Origin: Adineta vaga
Lineage: Eukaryota; Animalia; Rotifera
Length of the DNA stretch: 64,000 bases
Direction: 5' to 3'
Assembly: GCA_021613535.1 (NCBI GenBank)
Contig: CP075493.1
Span: 17,918,001 to 17,982,000 of the forward strand
A program made the translations under genes and the position numbers. Positions 41,938 to 54,900 of the stretch are shown here, one piece after another. Under the pieces are notes generated by a model. It ran no database searches. It was not told the origin of the DNA and saw only the letters and a program-made list of their open reading frames with translations. Position 1 is the stretch's first letter. Each line of letters opens with the position of its first letter.

Positions 41938-42562
41938 CAGTGGCGGATCTAGGATTTTCGAAGGTATTATATTTCACGTTCAGAGCATGGGTCCCATATG
42001 AAACTAATGGTAGATGATATCGGACCTGAATAGATGTTTTTTACACAAAAAAGTTTTTGTTCTGAGTTTGCGACAAAATTTTCGTTTTTTGGATCGCCCC
42101 CCCCCCCAACTTTTTTTTCTGTTGAGCGATAATCTGCTTTTGAGAATCTCACCATAATCTACACCGAATTTCATCGACAGATTTCAATTTTCATCGAAAA
42201 ACATGCTTCCGTTCAAGAGTTATAGCATTTTGAAGTTTTGTTCTGTTTTTTGGGATATTAAAAAAAATTGGAAATTCGATAACTCTTGAACGGAAGCATG
42301 TTTTTCGATGAAAATTGAAATCTGTCGATGAAATTCGGTGTAGATTATGGTGAGATTCTCAAAAGCAGATTATCGCTCAACAGAAAAAAAAGTTGGGGGG
42401 GGGCGATCCAAAAAACGAAAATTTTGTCGCAAACTCAGAACAAAAACTTTTTTGTGTAAAAAACATCTATTCAGGTCCGATATCATCTACCATTAGTTTC
42501 ATATGGGACCCATGCTCTGAACGTGAAATATAATACCTTCGAAAATCCTAGATCCGCCACTG
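41938..42562. mobile_element. hAT-like foldback MITE with about 285-bp near-identical inverted arms
   Basis: TIR CAGTGGCGGATCTAGG; arms 41938-42223 and 42278-42562; no clean TSD. Confidence 0.85.
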
Positions 42563-43110
42563 ATGAGTATCGTTTAGGTATATTTGTACACATTTAGGCT
42601 AAAAGAGATAAAAAATAGTTAATTATAATTCATCTCTGGCTATAAAAATCGCCTGGAACTTTAAAACCATTGAATTTGCTTGGTAACCGCGTACCATCAA
42701 TAAGATAAATTTGTACGCGTAACGCGTTTAAACAAATTACTACATCTAGATATCACTCGTATGCTTCATCTATTACTTATATCACCTAGTATATGTGATA
42801 TAATTTTGAGACCTAACGGACGAACTATAAGATAAAAATCAAAACAGATACTGTTTTTCGTTACTTTTGGGCCACCCTGTATTTTCATAAAATATCAGTT
42901 CCCTCGTTAACAGTCGTTCGAGTGGTCGGAAACTGTTCATCGAAATGACATAACTTCGAGGGCTCGATCTAGGAACTTGATACCGAACGTTAGCTAAAAT
43001 CGACGAGTCGAAATGCCTATCGGATGGTCAGTTGGATATCTTGATTGTAAACATGAATCTTTTATACGCTTTTCTTCTATCACACATCATTTCTTTTTTT
43101 CCTTCTTTAG

Positions 43111-45986
43111 ATACGATGATTGAGCAGCAAATGTCAATGACCGAGGCTAGTATGTTTTGGCTTGATGTTCTTCATGATTACAAGTTCGATCATTCTCTAT
43201 CATTACCATTTGATCGGTATCGTCTTTCGGATGAAAATCGAACTGGTCGCGGAATATCCGTGTCCTTCGACTTCGGTGAAGATCTCTCACATCGCTTCCT
43301 TTGTTATTCATCATCAATGAATATAAAACTGGAACATTTTGTATTTGCCACTTATTATGCTTTCATGTTCAAGCTGACAAATGGTCAGAAGGATTTGTGT
43401 GTTGCAGTTAACATCGATAGTCGATCTAGAGACAAACTCAAAACAATGGTTGGTTTTGTCGAAAATGTTGTTCCATTACGATGTCAGTTAGAACCGCATT
43501 GGTCTTTTCAACACCTGGTTGAACACGTTGATGAAATAATAATAAGTACTATGAAGTATTCTTATTTTCCTCTTCAACGTATTCTTGCTCAACATCCTAA
43601 TGCTTCAAAACCGACATTTCTCGACACATCATTCGAATTCCTGTTAAACGAAAATGGCAAGAATGAAGTAATGATCGGTAATAGTCAAGTTCATGATATG
43701 TCGACGTCGTCGATCAAAATTAGTGAAGATGAAATCATGAGCAAGTTTGATTTTTCTCTTATCATTCAACATGATCTCGAAACTAATCAAATATCATGTA
43801 CAACTCATGGATCAGTTGACTTATTCAATCTTGATACGATCGAGAAGATTACACAACGGTTTCATTCAATATTAGAACAAGTACTACTATTTTCTGAAGA
43901 TCAGATGGATAAACCAATCTATGAGTTATCATTAATATTACCAGATGAGCGAATACTGACGAAATCCCTGAATAATACACAAATACCATTTCTCGATGGC
44001 ACTTGTATTCATCATCTCTTTACTAGTCAAGCGATAAAACATTCACAAAAGTTTGCAGTTGAACTGGATGAACAATCTCTCACATATTCTGAACTTTTAT
44101 ATTCTGTTCAAGTATTATCTTTAACTCTTCTTAATGAATATCATGTGCTTCCAGGTGAAATAGTTTGTCAATATGTTGAGCGAAGTTTGTCAATGGTAAG
44201 TTAATTAAGATAAATAACCATAAATGAGAGTTTGAGATTGAGTTTTGATTAGGTGATTGGTATAATGGCGATAGAAATGAGTGGTGGTGTCTATTGTCCA
44301 TTGTCACCTCGAGATCCACAACATCGTATACAAGCTCTCATAGGACAAATAGGAAGTCGTCTTGTTCTTTCTCACTGGTTAACAAGAAAACAATTTAGTG
44401 ATAATAATCTGACATTTGATATTAGTTCAATATTGGTTAACAATGTTATTTATAGCAGTGTTGATATTGATCAGTTGTCGCACATCATAGTTAAACCAGA
44501 TAATATAGCTTACATCATTTTTACAAGTGGTTCAACTGGAATACCAAAAGCGGTTAGTTGATATTTAGATTATTGGTATCTGAATGAATTTTATATTGTT
44601 TTACAGGTTCGGGTTCGACATAACAATTTTATTGGATTTATGTATTCGTTTACTTATGGTAATGTGTTGAGCGAAAAGGATTCAATCGTTCAGATCGCAC
44701 GTTGTTCTTTTGATGTTCATGTCCGAGATATAATGGGCACTTTTATGATTGGAGGTAGCCTAGTTATGCTTCATCCAAGAGGAATCATGGACTTTAATTA
44801 TCTGGCTCGTGTTATGAATGAGAAGAATATAACTTGTATCTCAACTGTTCCAACTATTATTCATAATTTCTTTACTTTTCTCCAACACATAAATCAACCA
44901 AATCCTTTACAGTGTTTACGAACACTTTGTAGCGGCGGTACGTAACCTTTGTGTAAAATTAACTATTTTGCATATTATTTGACTTCATTTGTAGGTGAGC
45001 CTTGTTCTATAAAACTAATAAATTTAATGTTGAGTACTGTAACACACACTTGTCGTTTATGGAACATGTATGGTCCTGCTGAAACAACAATTGATTGCAC
45101 AAGTCGTCTTTTGCATAACATAATGGAGACTGAAAAGATTCCGATAGGCATGCCTCTTTCAAATTATCAACATCTAGTTTTGACTGAATTCTTACAAAAT
45201 GCCTTTATCAACCAAGAAGGTGAACTGTTTGTGGGAGGAGTAGGTGTTTTCGCTGGTTATCTTGGCCGTGATGACTTAACTTCAAAAGCGCTTGTTGAAA
45301 TAGATGGTCGGCTATACTATCGAACAGGTGATCTTGTTTCAATTGATAACAATGGTCTTTTGTATTATCAAGGAAGAAAAGATCATCAAATCAAATTACA
45401 TGGACAAAGAATTGAATTAGGAGAAATTGAACGATGTTTACTCAACACATCCATATCTGCTTGTGTTGTCATCAAATGGGGTGATGATCACCTAATCGCT
45501 TATGTTCAAAGTTCTAATATTAATGAGAAACAATTACGTGAACATTGTCAATCTCATTTACCATTTCACATGGTTCCATCGATGTTCATTATTCTTGAAC
45601 AGCTACCATTAAATGCTAATGGAAAAATAGATCGAAAACGTCTTCCTTCGCCTAACTTATCGTCATTGACTTCATCGTCACCAAATGCATATAATGCCCC
45701 GCTAAGTTTATTAGAAGAACGTGTGCACGATATTTGGTGTCAAGTTCTGAAATATGATGGACATTATCTGGTAACAAATAAGAGTTTCTTTGCTATTGGA
45801 GGTCATTCTCGTTTATTTATTGAACTTTATCATCGTTATCAAAGTTTGTTTGATTTTGATAGTCGTACATTGTCTATTGTTTCATTTATCCAACAACCAA
45901 CTATTATTGAACATGCAAAATTATTGGAAGTATTCGCAATTGATGGTATACAATCGAAAGAAAAACATGCTTTACATATTAACCAA
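43111..45986 (+). CDS. NRPS module 1: C-terminal half of a condensation domain, adenylation domain and thiolation domain
   Basis: LSLPFDRYR...YPLQ-type C-domain motifs; A3 YIIFTSGSTGIPKA; A10 NGKIDRK; PCP FFAIGGHS (Ser at 45807-45809). Three short introns. Confidence 0.9.
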
Positions 45987-48900
45987 AGTCAAAAATTCGA
46001 AACATTTCCTGCTACAGAAATACAACAAGCATACCTTGTAGGACGAGGAGGTTTTATTGAACTTGGCCATGTTTCTTGTTTTCTGTATGAAGAATATGAT
46101 TTGCCATCAACATTTGATATTGAACAATTAGAAAAGGCATGGAATCAAGTAATTCAACGTCATGAAACGTTACGTATTATCTTTCCATCCAATACAGAAC
46201 AAAAAATCTTAGAAACAGTGCCTTATTACACAATACCTATATTGGATTGGAATGATATTCTATCGCCAGATGAATTATTAATAGAACGACGAGAGCAATT
46301 ATCACATCAAGTTCGACCAGCAGATCAATGGCCACTTTTTGATATTCAAATGACTCGTTTTAATATTGATAACGAATATTATATACGTTTGCATATTGGC
46401 TTTGATCTTCTCATATTGGATTTATGGAGTTTAAACTTAATTATGAATGAATGGAGTCAATTATATCTTATTCCAAATATTCCTTTGACAGTTTTAAATC
46501 TTTCTTATCGAGATTATATTTTACGTGAACAACAAATTAAAACCACGATCAATTATCAGAATGATAAACAATACTGGATGGATCGTTTAAATTCTTTTCC
46601 ATTAGGTCCTAATTTGCCATTACAATGTTTACCAAATGAGATACATACACAAAGACATTGTAGTTCATCTTTAGTATTAGGGCAATCAATATGGCAGAAA
46701 TTAAAACAACGTATTATTGATCATCACTTGACACCAGCCAGTTTTTTAACATCTATTTATGCCATAGTATTATCTAAATGGAGTGAAAACAAACATTTTG
46801 CTTTGAATTTACCAATTTTTAATCGATCTCCTATTCATCCACAAATTAATGACATAGCGGGAGATTTTACAACAATTCTACCATTGGAAATCAATTTAAA
46901 TGAGCGAATTAATTTTGATCAATTTTTTGAAACTGTTCAAAAACAAATATGGAGTGATCTTGAACATAGATCTTATAATGGTGTATCATTTATTCGTGAA
47001 GTGATGCAAGTACATAAAACAAGAGAAATAGCCTTTCCATTTGTTTTCACATGTGGAATAGATCTACGTGATACGAATGAAAACGACATTCAAGAAAATT
47101 TCATTTTTGATCACTTCTTTGTGTATTCGATTAGTCAAACACCACAAGTTTTTCTCGATTACATAGTATTTGAAAAAGATGAACAATTATTAACCAATTG
47201 GGTCTATGTAGAAAATTTATTTCCATCAGAAATGATCACTGACATACATCATACATATATTGACTTACTTCATCAATTGGCTTTGTGCGATGATTTGTGG
47301 TACAAACCTCTTTCGATTTCAGTACCAATTAAACAGCAAGAACGAAGAGTCAATTTTAATCAGACACAATGGGAATCAGGGGTTAAAGAACAATTACTTC
47401 ATTTATCCGTCATCGAACAAGCTCTACAAACACCTGAAGCTTGGGCTATACTTTCTTCAAGAGAAAACTTAACATATGAACAGCTAATGAATCGTGTTTA
47501 TTCATTGGCATATCATCTACAACAGCAAGGTATACAATCCAATCAATTAATTGCTATTCTCATGGAAAAAGGTTGGGAACAAATCGTGGCTTGTTTATCA
47601 ATTTTAATCTCAGGTGCTGCTTATTTACCTTTGGATATTGATTCATCATATGATCGTCTTTCTTCATTAATTCAAGAAACTAATGTTAAAATTATTCTTA
47701 CACAATCACATTGTCATCATACGTTTACACATGTAACAACTATTGCAGTTGACACATACTCTAATAATAATTATCCTAAACCATTTCCTTTCAAACAACA
47801 ATCATCAACTGATTTAGCTTATGTTATGTATACATCTGGTTCTACAGGTAAACCCAAAGGTGTTATGATTAGTCATCAAGCTATTTTAAATACTATTCAA
47901 GATATCAATTTAAGATTAGATATTTCTTCAAATGATAAAATCTTTGCATTATCACATCTCAATTTTGATTTATCAGTTTATGATATATTTGGAATATTAA
48001 TTGGTGGTGGAACTATAGTAATTCCAAATCATGAAGATTATAAAAATCCTCAACATTGGTATGATATGATAATTAAACATCAGGTTACTATATGGAATAG
48101 TGTTCCAATGTTAATGCAAATGCTCGTTGAACATCTCAAACATACAAATAACCATAATCAATTACGACATATCTTATTAAGTGGTGATTGGATGCCGTTA
48201 TCTTTACCTGAATCAATACAAAAAACATTTGGTGAACAATTAGCAATCACTAGTTTAGGCGGTGCAACAGAAGCATCTATTTGGTCAATTGCCTATACTC
48301 TGCCAAAAGAAATACCACGAGAATGGAAATCAATTCCTTATGGAATGCCATTACGAAATCAGCAATATTATATTTATGATATTCATCTCGATGATTGTCC
48401 TGAATGGGCCACTGGTGAATTGTATATTGGCGGTGAAGGTTTAGCTAATGGCTATTGGAATGATGAAGAAAAAACACAATCAAGTTTCATCATTCATCCA
48501 GTGACTAATAAACGTCTTTATCGAACTGGCGATTATGGTCGATTTGTACCTGATGGATATATAGAATTTATGGGACGAAAAGATTTTCAAGTCAAAGTTC
48601 ATGGTCATCGTATTGAACTTGGTGAAATCGAATATCATCTACAACAACATTCTGACATTCATCAGGCTGTTGTTACTGTTGATAAATCATCACAACGCTT
48701 GATAGGATATATTATGCCAAAGAAATATTCTGCCATTGATGGTGATTATAATGAAGCAGAAATTTCAATTACCGATCCCATTGAACGTACTAATTTCAAA
48801 CTTGCGAGACATGGAATACGACATGAATATCAAGGTGAAAAGAGTTATTTGTTGATAAAACCGAAGATAACAGAAGCACTAATCAATACTTACTACACAA

Positions 48901-51900
48901 GCAAAAGTTACCGGCAATTCACAAATGGAATCGTTGAAAAATCTACTATTGAACATTTATTAAACAAATGCTACACTAGGAACAATACTGAACAACTGCC
49001 TCAACAAGATTTTGATTTGAATGTTCTTAGTCAGTTGTTATCGTTGTTGACACCAATCAATGTTTCGAATCAACCATTACCAAAATATCGGTATGCATCA
49101 GCGGGAAACCTTTATCCTGTTCAAGTATATGTGGAACTTCATGCATCTATCGATCATCTTTCTTCTGGTCTTTATTATCACAACCCAGATAAACATACTC
49201 TAGATTTAGTTAGTGTTTGTATGGACGACCATAGTAAGAATATACGATTACGTCTCATCGGTCGATCGACAGCAATCGCTCCTCTCTTTGGACGCGCATT
49301 AGGTTCACAATTATGTGTATTAGAGTCAGGATATATGTTGGGATTACTTCAACAAGAAGCATCGAAATTTGGCTATTCATTACCCATCATTGCTGATAAT
49401 GATGCTAGAAACTATGGAAATTTTCTGTTCGATGAATATGACACTCATTATTCATTTGAGATTTCATCTGAAAAGGAATGTTCATCTGATCGTGTAAACA
49501 ACAATGATTTTCAATGTGTTGTGTATATAAAATCTGTGGAATATGGAAGACATGAATGGTTTGTTTACGAGAAAGAGAAACTCATTCTCACTCCAGTTGA
49601 TATATCGACAGAAATCATCGAACAACAAACACCATTATTGTTTGATGATGATAATGATGATGACACAAAAGCCATATTTTCTGACTGTCAATGTGCCATC
49701 TTCTTTACTGGACAGTCTGAGCATAGACTGGAGACTGGTGTGATATCACATTTATTGATGAATCATGGTTTAGAAATCAACATTGGCATGTGTCCGATCG
49801 AAACTCGATCCAATTTGCCCGTATCAATCAATAAGACTTTAGATGCTGTTATGACAAAATGTAAACTCATTGACAAAAGTACAGTATTACACACATTACT
49901 GATTGGAAAAATCACTGATAAACAAATGTATGAACGAGTTATGTCAACATCGAAACCAATGTCAGATTGGAGTAAAACATTGAGAATGTATCTGCGTTCA
50001 AAACTTCCAACATATATGATACCATCACATTTTATAATTGTTTCAACATTTCCATTGAGTCCAAATGGTAAAATCGATCGAAAATCATTACCAGAAATAT
50101 TTCCTTTGGTGATGCAGAAAGATGATATGTGCGTAGCACCAAGTACTGATCTAGAAAAGAGAACCGTGAGTATTTGGCAAAAACTACTATATTCGCACCA
50201 GTCGCCGACATTTATCGATGAGAGAACATCTTTAAATGATCATGGAGCGTCTCATTTGTCGAATAGAGAAGAAACAGTTCCTGATATATCTATGACAAGT
50301 AGTTTCTTTGAACTCGGTGGCAACTCTCTCCTTCTTATTCAACTCTATCAGCATTATCAAGCACTGTTTCATTTTGATAATGAAACACAAACTGTTCGAC
50401 CATTCTTCGAGTATGACACTGTAACTGATCATGCGAAATTGATAGAAGGATTAATGAGAACTAATATACCCTCGAAGCAATGGCATACATTACACATCAG
50501 TCAAGGTATAATGTTTTTATCGTTTTTTTTCTACAGGTAAAATAGTTTTCTGTTTAAACTTTAGGTATTACATCGTTTGCACAAGAACGTATTTTTCTTG
50601 ATGAACAAGTTCGCTTATCGAATCAAATAGCTATTTACAATGAATTAGTTGCCTTTCGATTGGTTAGAGGTTCTCTATCGACAGATAGATTATTGCATGC
50701 ACTTCGATTAGTTTTAAACAAACAGACAGTATTACGTACATCTCTCAGTTTTGCTAGCGAAAGTGGTACTATTCAACAATGCATAACTGACAATCATAAC
50801 ATGTTCATGTTAAACGACGCACAAACATTCGAAAATGAAAGCGAACTTAAAGAATTGATATATCGAGCTCGTATCGATCCCAATTTACTCGATTTGACGA
50901 CTGGTCGTGTTTTTCATTGTCAAGTACTTCGACAAAACAAGTTAATCAATCATAGTAATGGAGATAATTCCATTTCAAACTCTGATGTTCTCGTGCTTGC
51001 TTTTCATCATGTCGCATATGATTGGTCTTCTTATCAAATCTTTATCAATGATCTTACCATGGCTTATAATAATCGAACAACAACAACGTTATCAGATGTG
51101 CAATCATTGCAATATATCGATTATGCTGTCCACGAACATCTACTAGATATGAGAGAATCAAAGGACTTTTGGCATACGAAACTTCAAGAACACAATTTAG
51201 AACATTCTCTCTCCTTACCATTCGATCGACATCGTGCTATTTATGGTGAACGATCTGACTTAGGTTCAGTAGTCGAATTCTCTTTCGATAACGACATTTT
51301 GACATCGTTTTTACGTTATACTTTTATTCATCAAGTTACGATATTTCAACTAAGTTTGGCCACATTTTATGTATTTCTGTTCAAATTAACACATGGTCAG
51401 ACTGATCTATGCATTTCCTCTCTGAATGTCAATCGATATCGAAATGAATTACAAAATATGATCGGAATGTTTGTTGCAACATTACCATACTGTATACAAC
51501 TTGATTGTCATTGGTCATTTGACAAACTTATTAAACATGTTCAAACTGAATGTTTAGCCATTTTAGACCATTCTCATTATCCTCTTCAACACATTCTTGC
51601 TGATTTATGTCTTAATCATTCAAACGTTCCTTTTCTTAAATCGGTCTTTAACTTTGTCATTACGTCGTCAGACACGGATCAGCTACTGCTCGATAGAGCA
51701 AGATTTGAGCAAGTCTCATTTCAAAAATCCCTCGACGTGGCAAAGTTTGATTTTGACCTGTTATTTGATTACAAGGGAACATCAAATGATGGTAAACTAT
51801 CATGTCGTTTTGTTTGTTCACGAGATCTGTTTGACGAGACAACAGTTATCAGCATTGCACGTAGATTTCAACATCTTTTATCACAACTTTTCTCTTCAAA

Positions 51901-54900
51901 GTCCACAGATGCCGAACTTAAGGAATCTTTCACGTCTGTGAATAAACTCTCTCTTATTCTGCCAGAAGAAGCCGAAGAACTCCAAAGAATAGTTTTTCAA
52001 AGATTACCGGATGTTATCAGTGAAGGTATGTATGGTTGCCTGTTACTTAATGTAAATTTACGACTAAAAATAGCGCTCAGTTTAAAACGCCATAGTATTG
52101 ACTGCAGAAAAGTTGATTAACGAGAAAGGAATGATTCATGGTTCTAACTTTCACACACTGAAAATTATTTGGCGTGATGAATAATCAGAAAAACCGTTTT
52201 GGCGTCAGCTAGAGACGGTTTTTCGCTTTTCTGCCTATTCAAAATTGCTTCGAGAACGTTGTTAGTAGAAAAATTTCCAAAGTCTATCTGTCCGAATGCA
52301 AAAACAAGAAAGAATTATCGAGTTTCAGTTCGATCAGAAAACCTGAAATCTATCTTTGAGAACCATAAGTGTTCGAAACAGGGTTTATTCAAATCAACCT
52401 GCTCGATGCTTTGTAGTTCTGGAAGATAGATTTGATATCTTTCAGCCGGACTAAAACCTCATAGGGCTGTTTTTCTATTGCATCCAGATAGATCGGTTTT
52501 GTGAGTTTAATTAATGAAAAACGTTCTTGAGACAGTTTGAAGCACGTTGAAAATCTCATACCTATTTTTGGCCAACGTTGAAACGTTTCCCAGTTCTTTA
52601 TTGCATGAGATCTTTTCCATTGTAGACAAAAAAGAGATCCTCAAGATCGTTAGATGTTCAGCTACTTTGGAACTTGACAGTTTATGTTTTGAAAGGAGTT
52701 TGTTCGAAACTTCTGCACGTGATAATGCAAGCGTGTCGACAGTGTAAAAAATAGGTGTAAAGTGACCAACCCTTGAAAAGGATTTATTCATTTTATAAAC
52801 CCTTCGATATACCCTTTCAGTTCCATAAACCCTCTCATATACCTTCAGAGATATAATGAATTTCAAATATCCTTTTTCTGTTTATTAACTTCATCAACGC
52901 TGTACAAAAGGATTTAGTAATCTTCCATTTTCATTATACCATGGGTTGTTAAACTCTTATTTAAAGCGTTGATGAAGTTAATAAACAGAAAAAGGATATA
53001 TGAGAGTGCAGTAAATCACATACCTTTCGAGGGTAGATGGGAAAAAAAGGAGACGAGAGGGTTTATGGAACTGAAAGGGTATATCGAAGGGTTTATAAGG
53101 TGAATAAACCATTTTCAAAGATTGGTTATTCTACACTTATGCTGTATACTGTAGAAAAGTGCGCCGAAGATTTCTCTTTCTGAATATACGTAGATTTTTG
53201 CAAACCGACCGGAATTTCACGAACATATTGATAGAAAAACATTACCTCCTACTATCGAGTTTTGCGAAAATTTTTACAAATTTTATAGTTTCGAAAATCT
53301 GAAAAAGAGAGGAGCGTAACTGTTTTATCAGCATATTAGATGGTGTGGTGCCATCAGGTTTATTAATGAACCTTGAAGTGAACAACGAAGCTCTTAATAC
53401 ACAGATCCTTTGCTTTCAACAGTCATAGGAAAAAAAAAAAAAACAAAACATATAAGAACATAGAAAAAACTAACAAAAAATTAATGATTGGTTTGATTCA
53501 TTGTTGATGTTGTGAATCGAGCAGAAGAACAATATTTTGTTCGGTTACTTCATCTTTCGTTTGTCGACTGCTAACAAATGCTCGTTTAGTGAGATCTGTA
53601 ACATATGAACGAAGATATAGAATGTTGGTCAACTTGTGGATGCAGGTGGCTGAAGTAAAATGAGGTAGATGGAGAGCTGCTCTAAGTGCTTTGTTCTGGA
53701 TAATCTGTAAACTATTCCAAATTTGATCTCCGCCATTGAGACAGATTGAAGAACCATATGTCAGAACCGGTCTTATAAGTAAGATGGTGTCAGCCCACTG
53801 TGACTATCACGTGTTGTAAATACGTTCAACTAAATATATTGAAAGTGTGCCTTTTGACTGTGTTTTAGAATATGAATATAAAACTCATTTCTAAATTTAT
53901 TTATCTTTTTTCATAGCATATGGTTTCTAGTCAGAAAAATGTGAACTAGTCTCTCGAGATTCTATACGATAATTAATATTTTTTTGTTTTCAAGGTCTAA
54001 ATCGGGACTAGCTTTTGTCCGAACAGAGCTTTTGTAGATCGTTTCTGGGCTGGAAAAAGTGGGATTTATTGTCGCGCAACAACCACTGTTTCCATGGTGC
54101 TTTAGAATATGTATCCAAAAATTCTGAAAAAAATTGGGTCTCTTTAAAAAATCTGTTCGGACGAAGACTGCGCAATAAGACTAGCTGTAACCTAACACCG
54201 TCCCGGCCTCGCTACTAAGAATCACAACAGAGTTATATCGATTCCAAGATATAAGTCACAAATCAGCTGAAACTCTACTCTAACGTGTTGTGGAGGGTAG
54301 AACGTTTTTATACAAAGCGCATCTCACCAGGATAAGTCATCCCCAGAGATTTCAGCTAAAACCAATGGTCTAAAGCGAGAAATCATTTTTGAGAAGGCGT
54401 TCGAAAGTAAAATCGTACATGAAATAGTATTATTTGGGTCGTTGAAGCACGTCTCAATGAGAGAGGCGATGTCACTAAAACCATAAAAAATTCGAGCAAA
54501 AAGTCGTACAAGAATAACATTTTTGAAAATACCTTCATATGTTATCGAACGTAACAACACATATAGAATTTCAAGTGAAATATGCTCAAAGAGTTCGAAA
54601 TCTTGCTTGAGAGTTTAGTCATACTCATACGATGTTTACGCCACAGGAGTCATCTGATACACATTTCCATCAATAAATGTAGCTATCTATGAGCACTGAA
54701 AATCCAAATAAATCTTTTCAACAGCCACTTTCCAACAGTCCCAATGATCGATGATACACTAAGATAAGCCGCCATATGCTCTACTACGAATAAATTGTAG
54801 CGCAGTAGTACATAATTGTAACTATACTACAATCCATAGCTACGAAAAACGACACCGCAGTTCGGCGTAACTATCGACCTTTCAAAGTAACTGTGCCATT

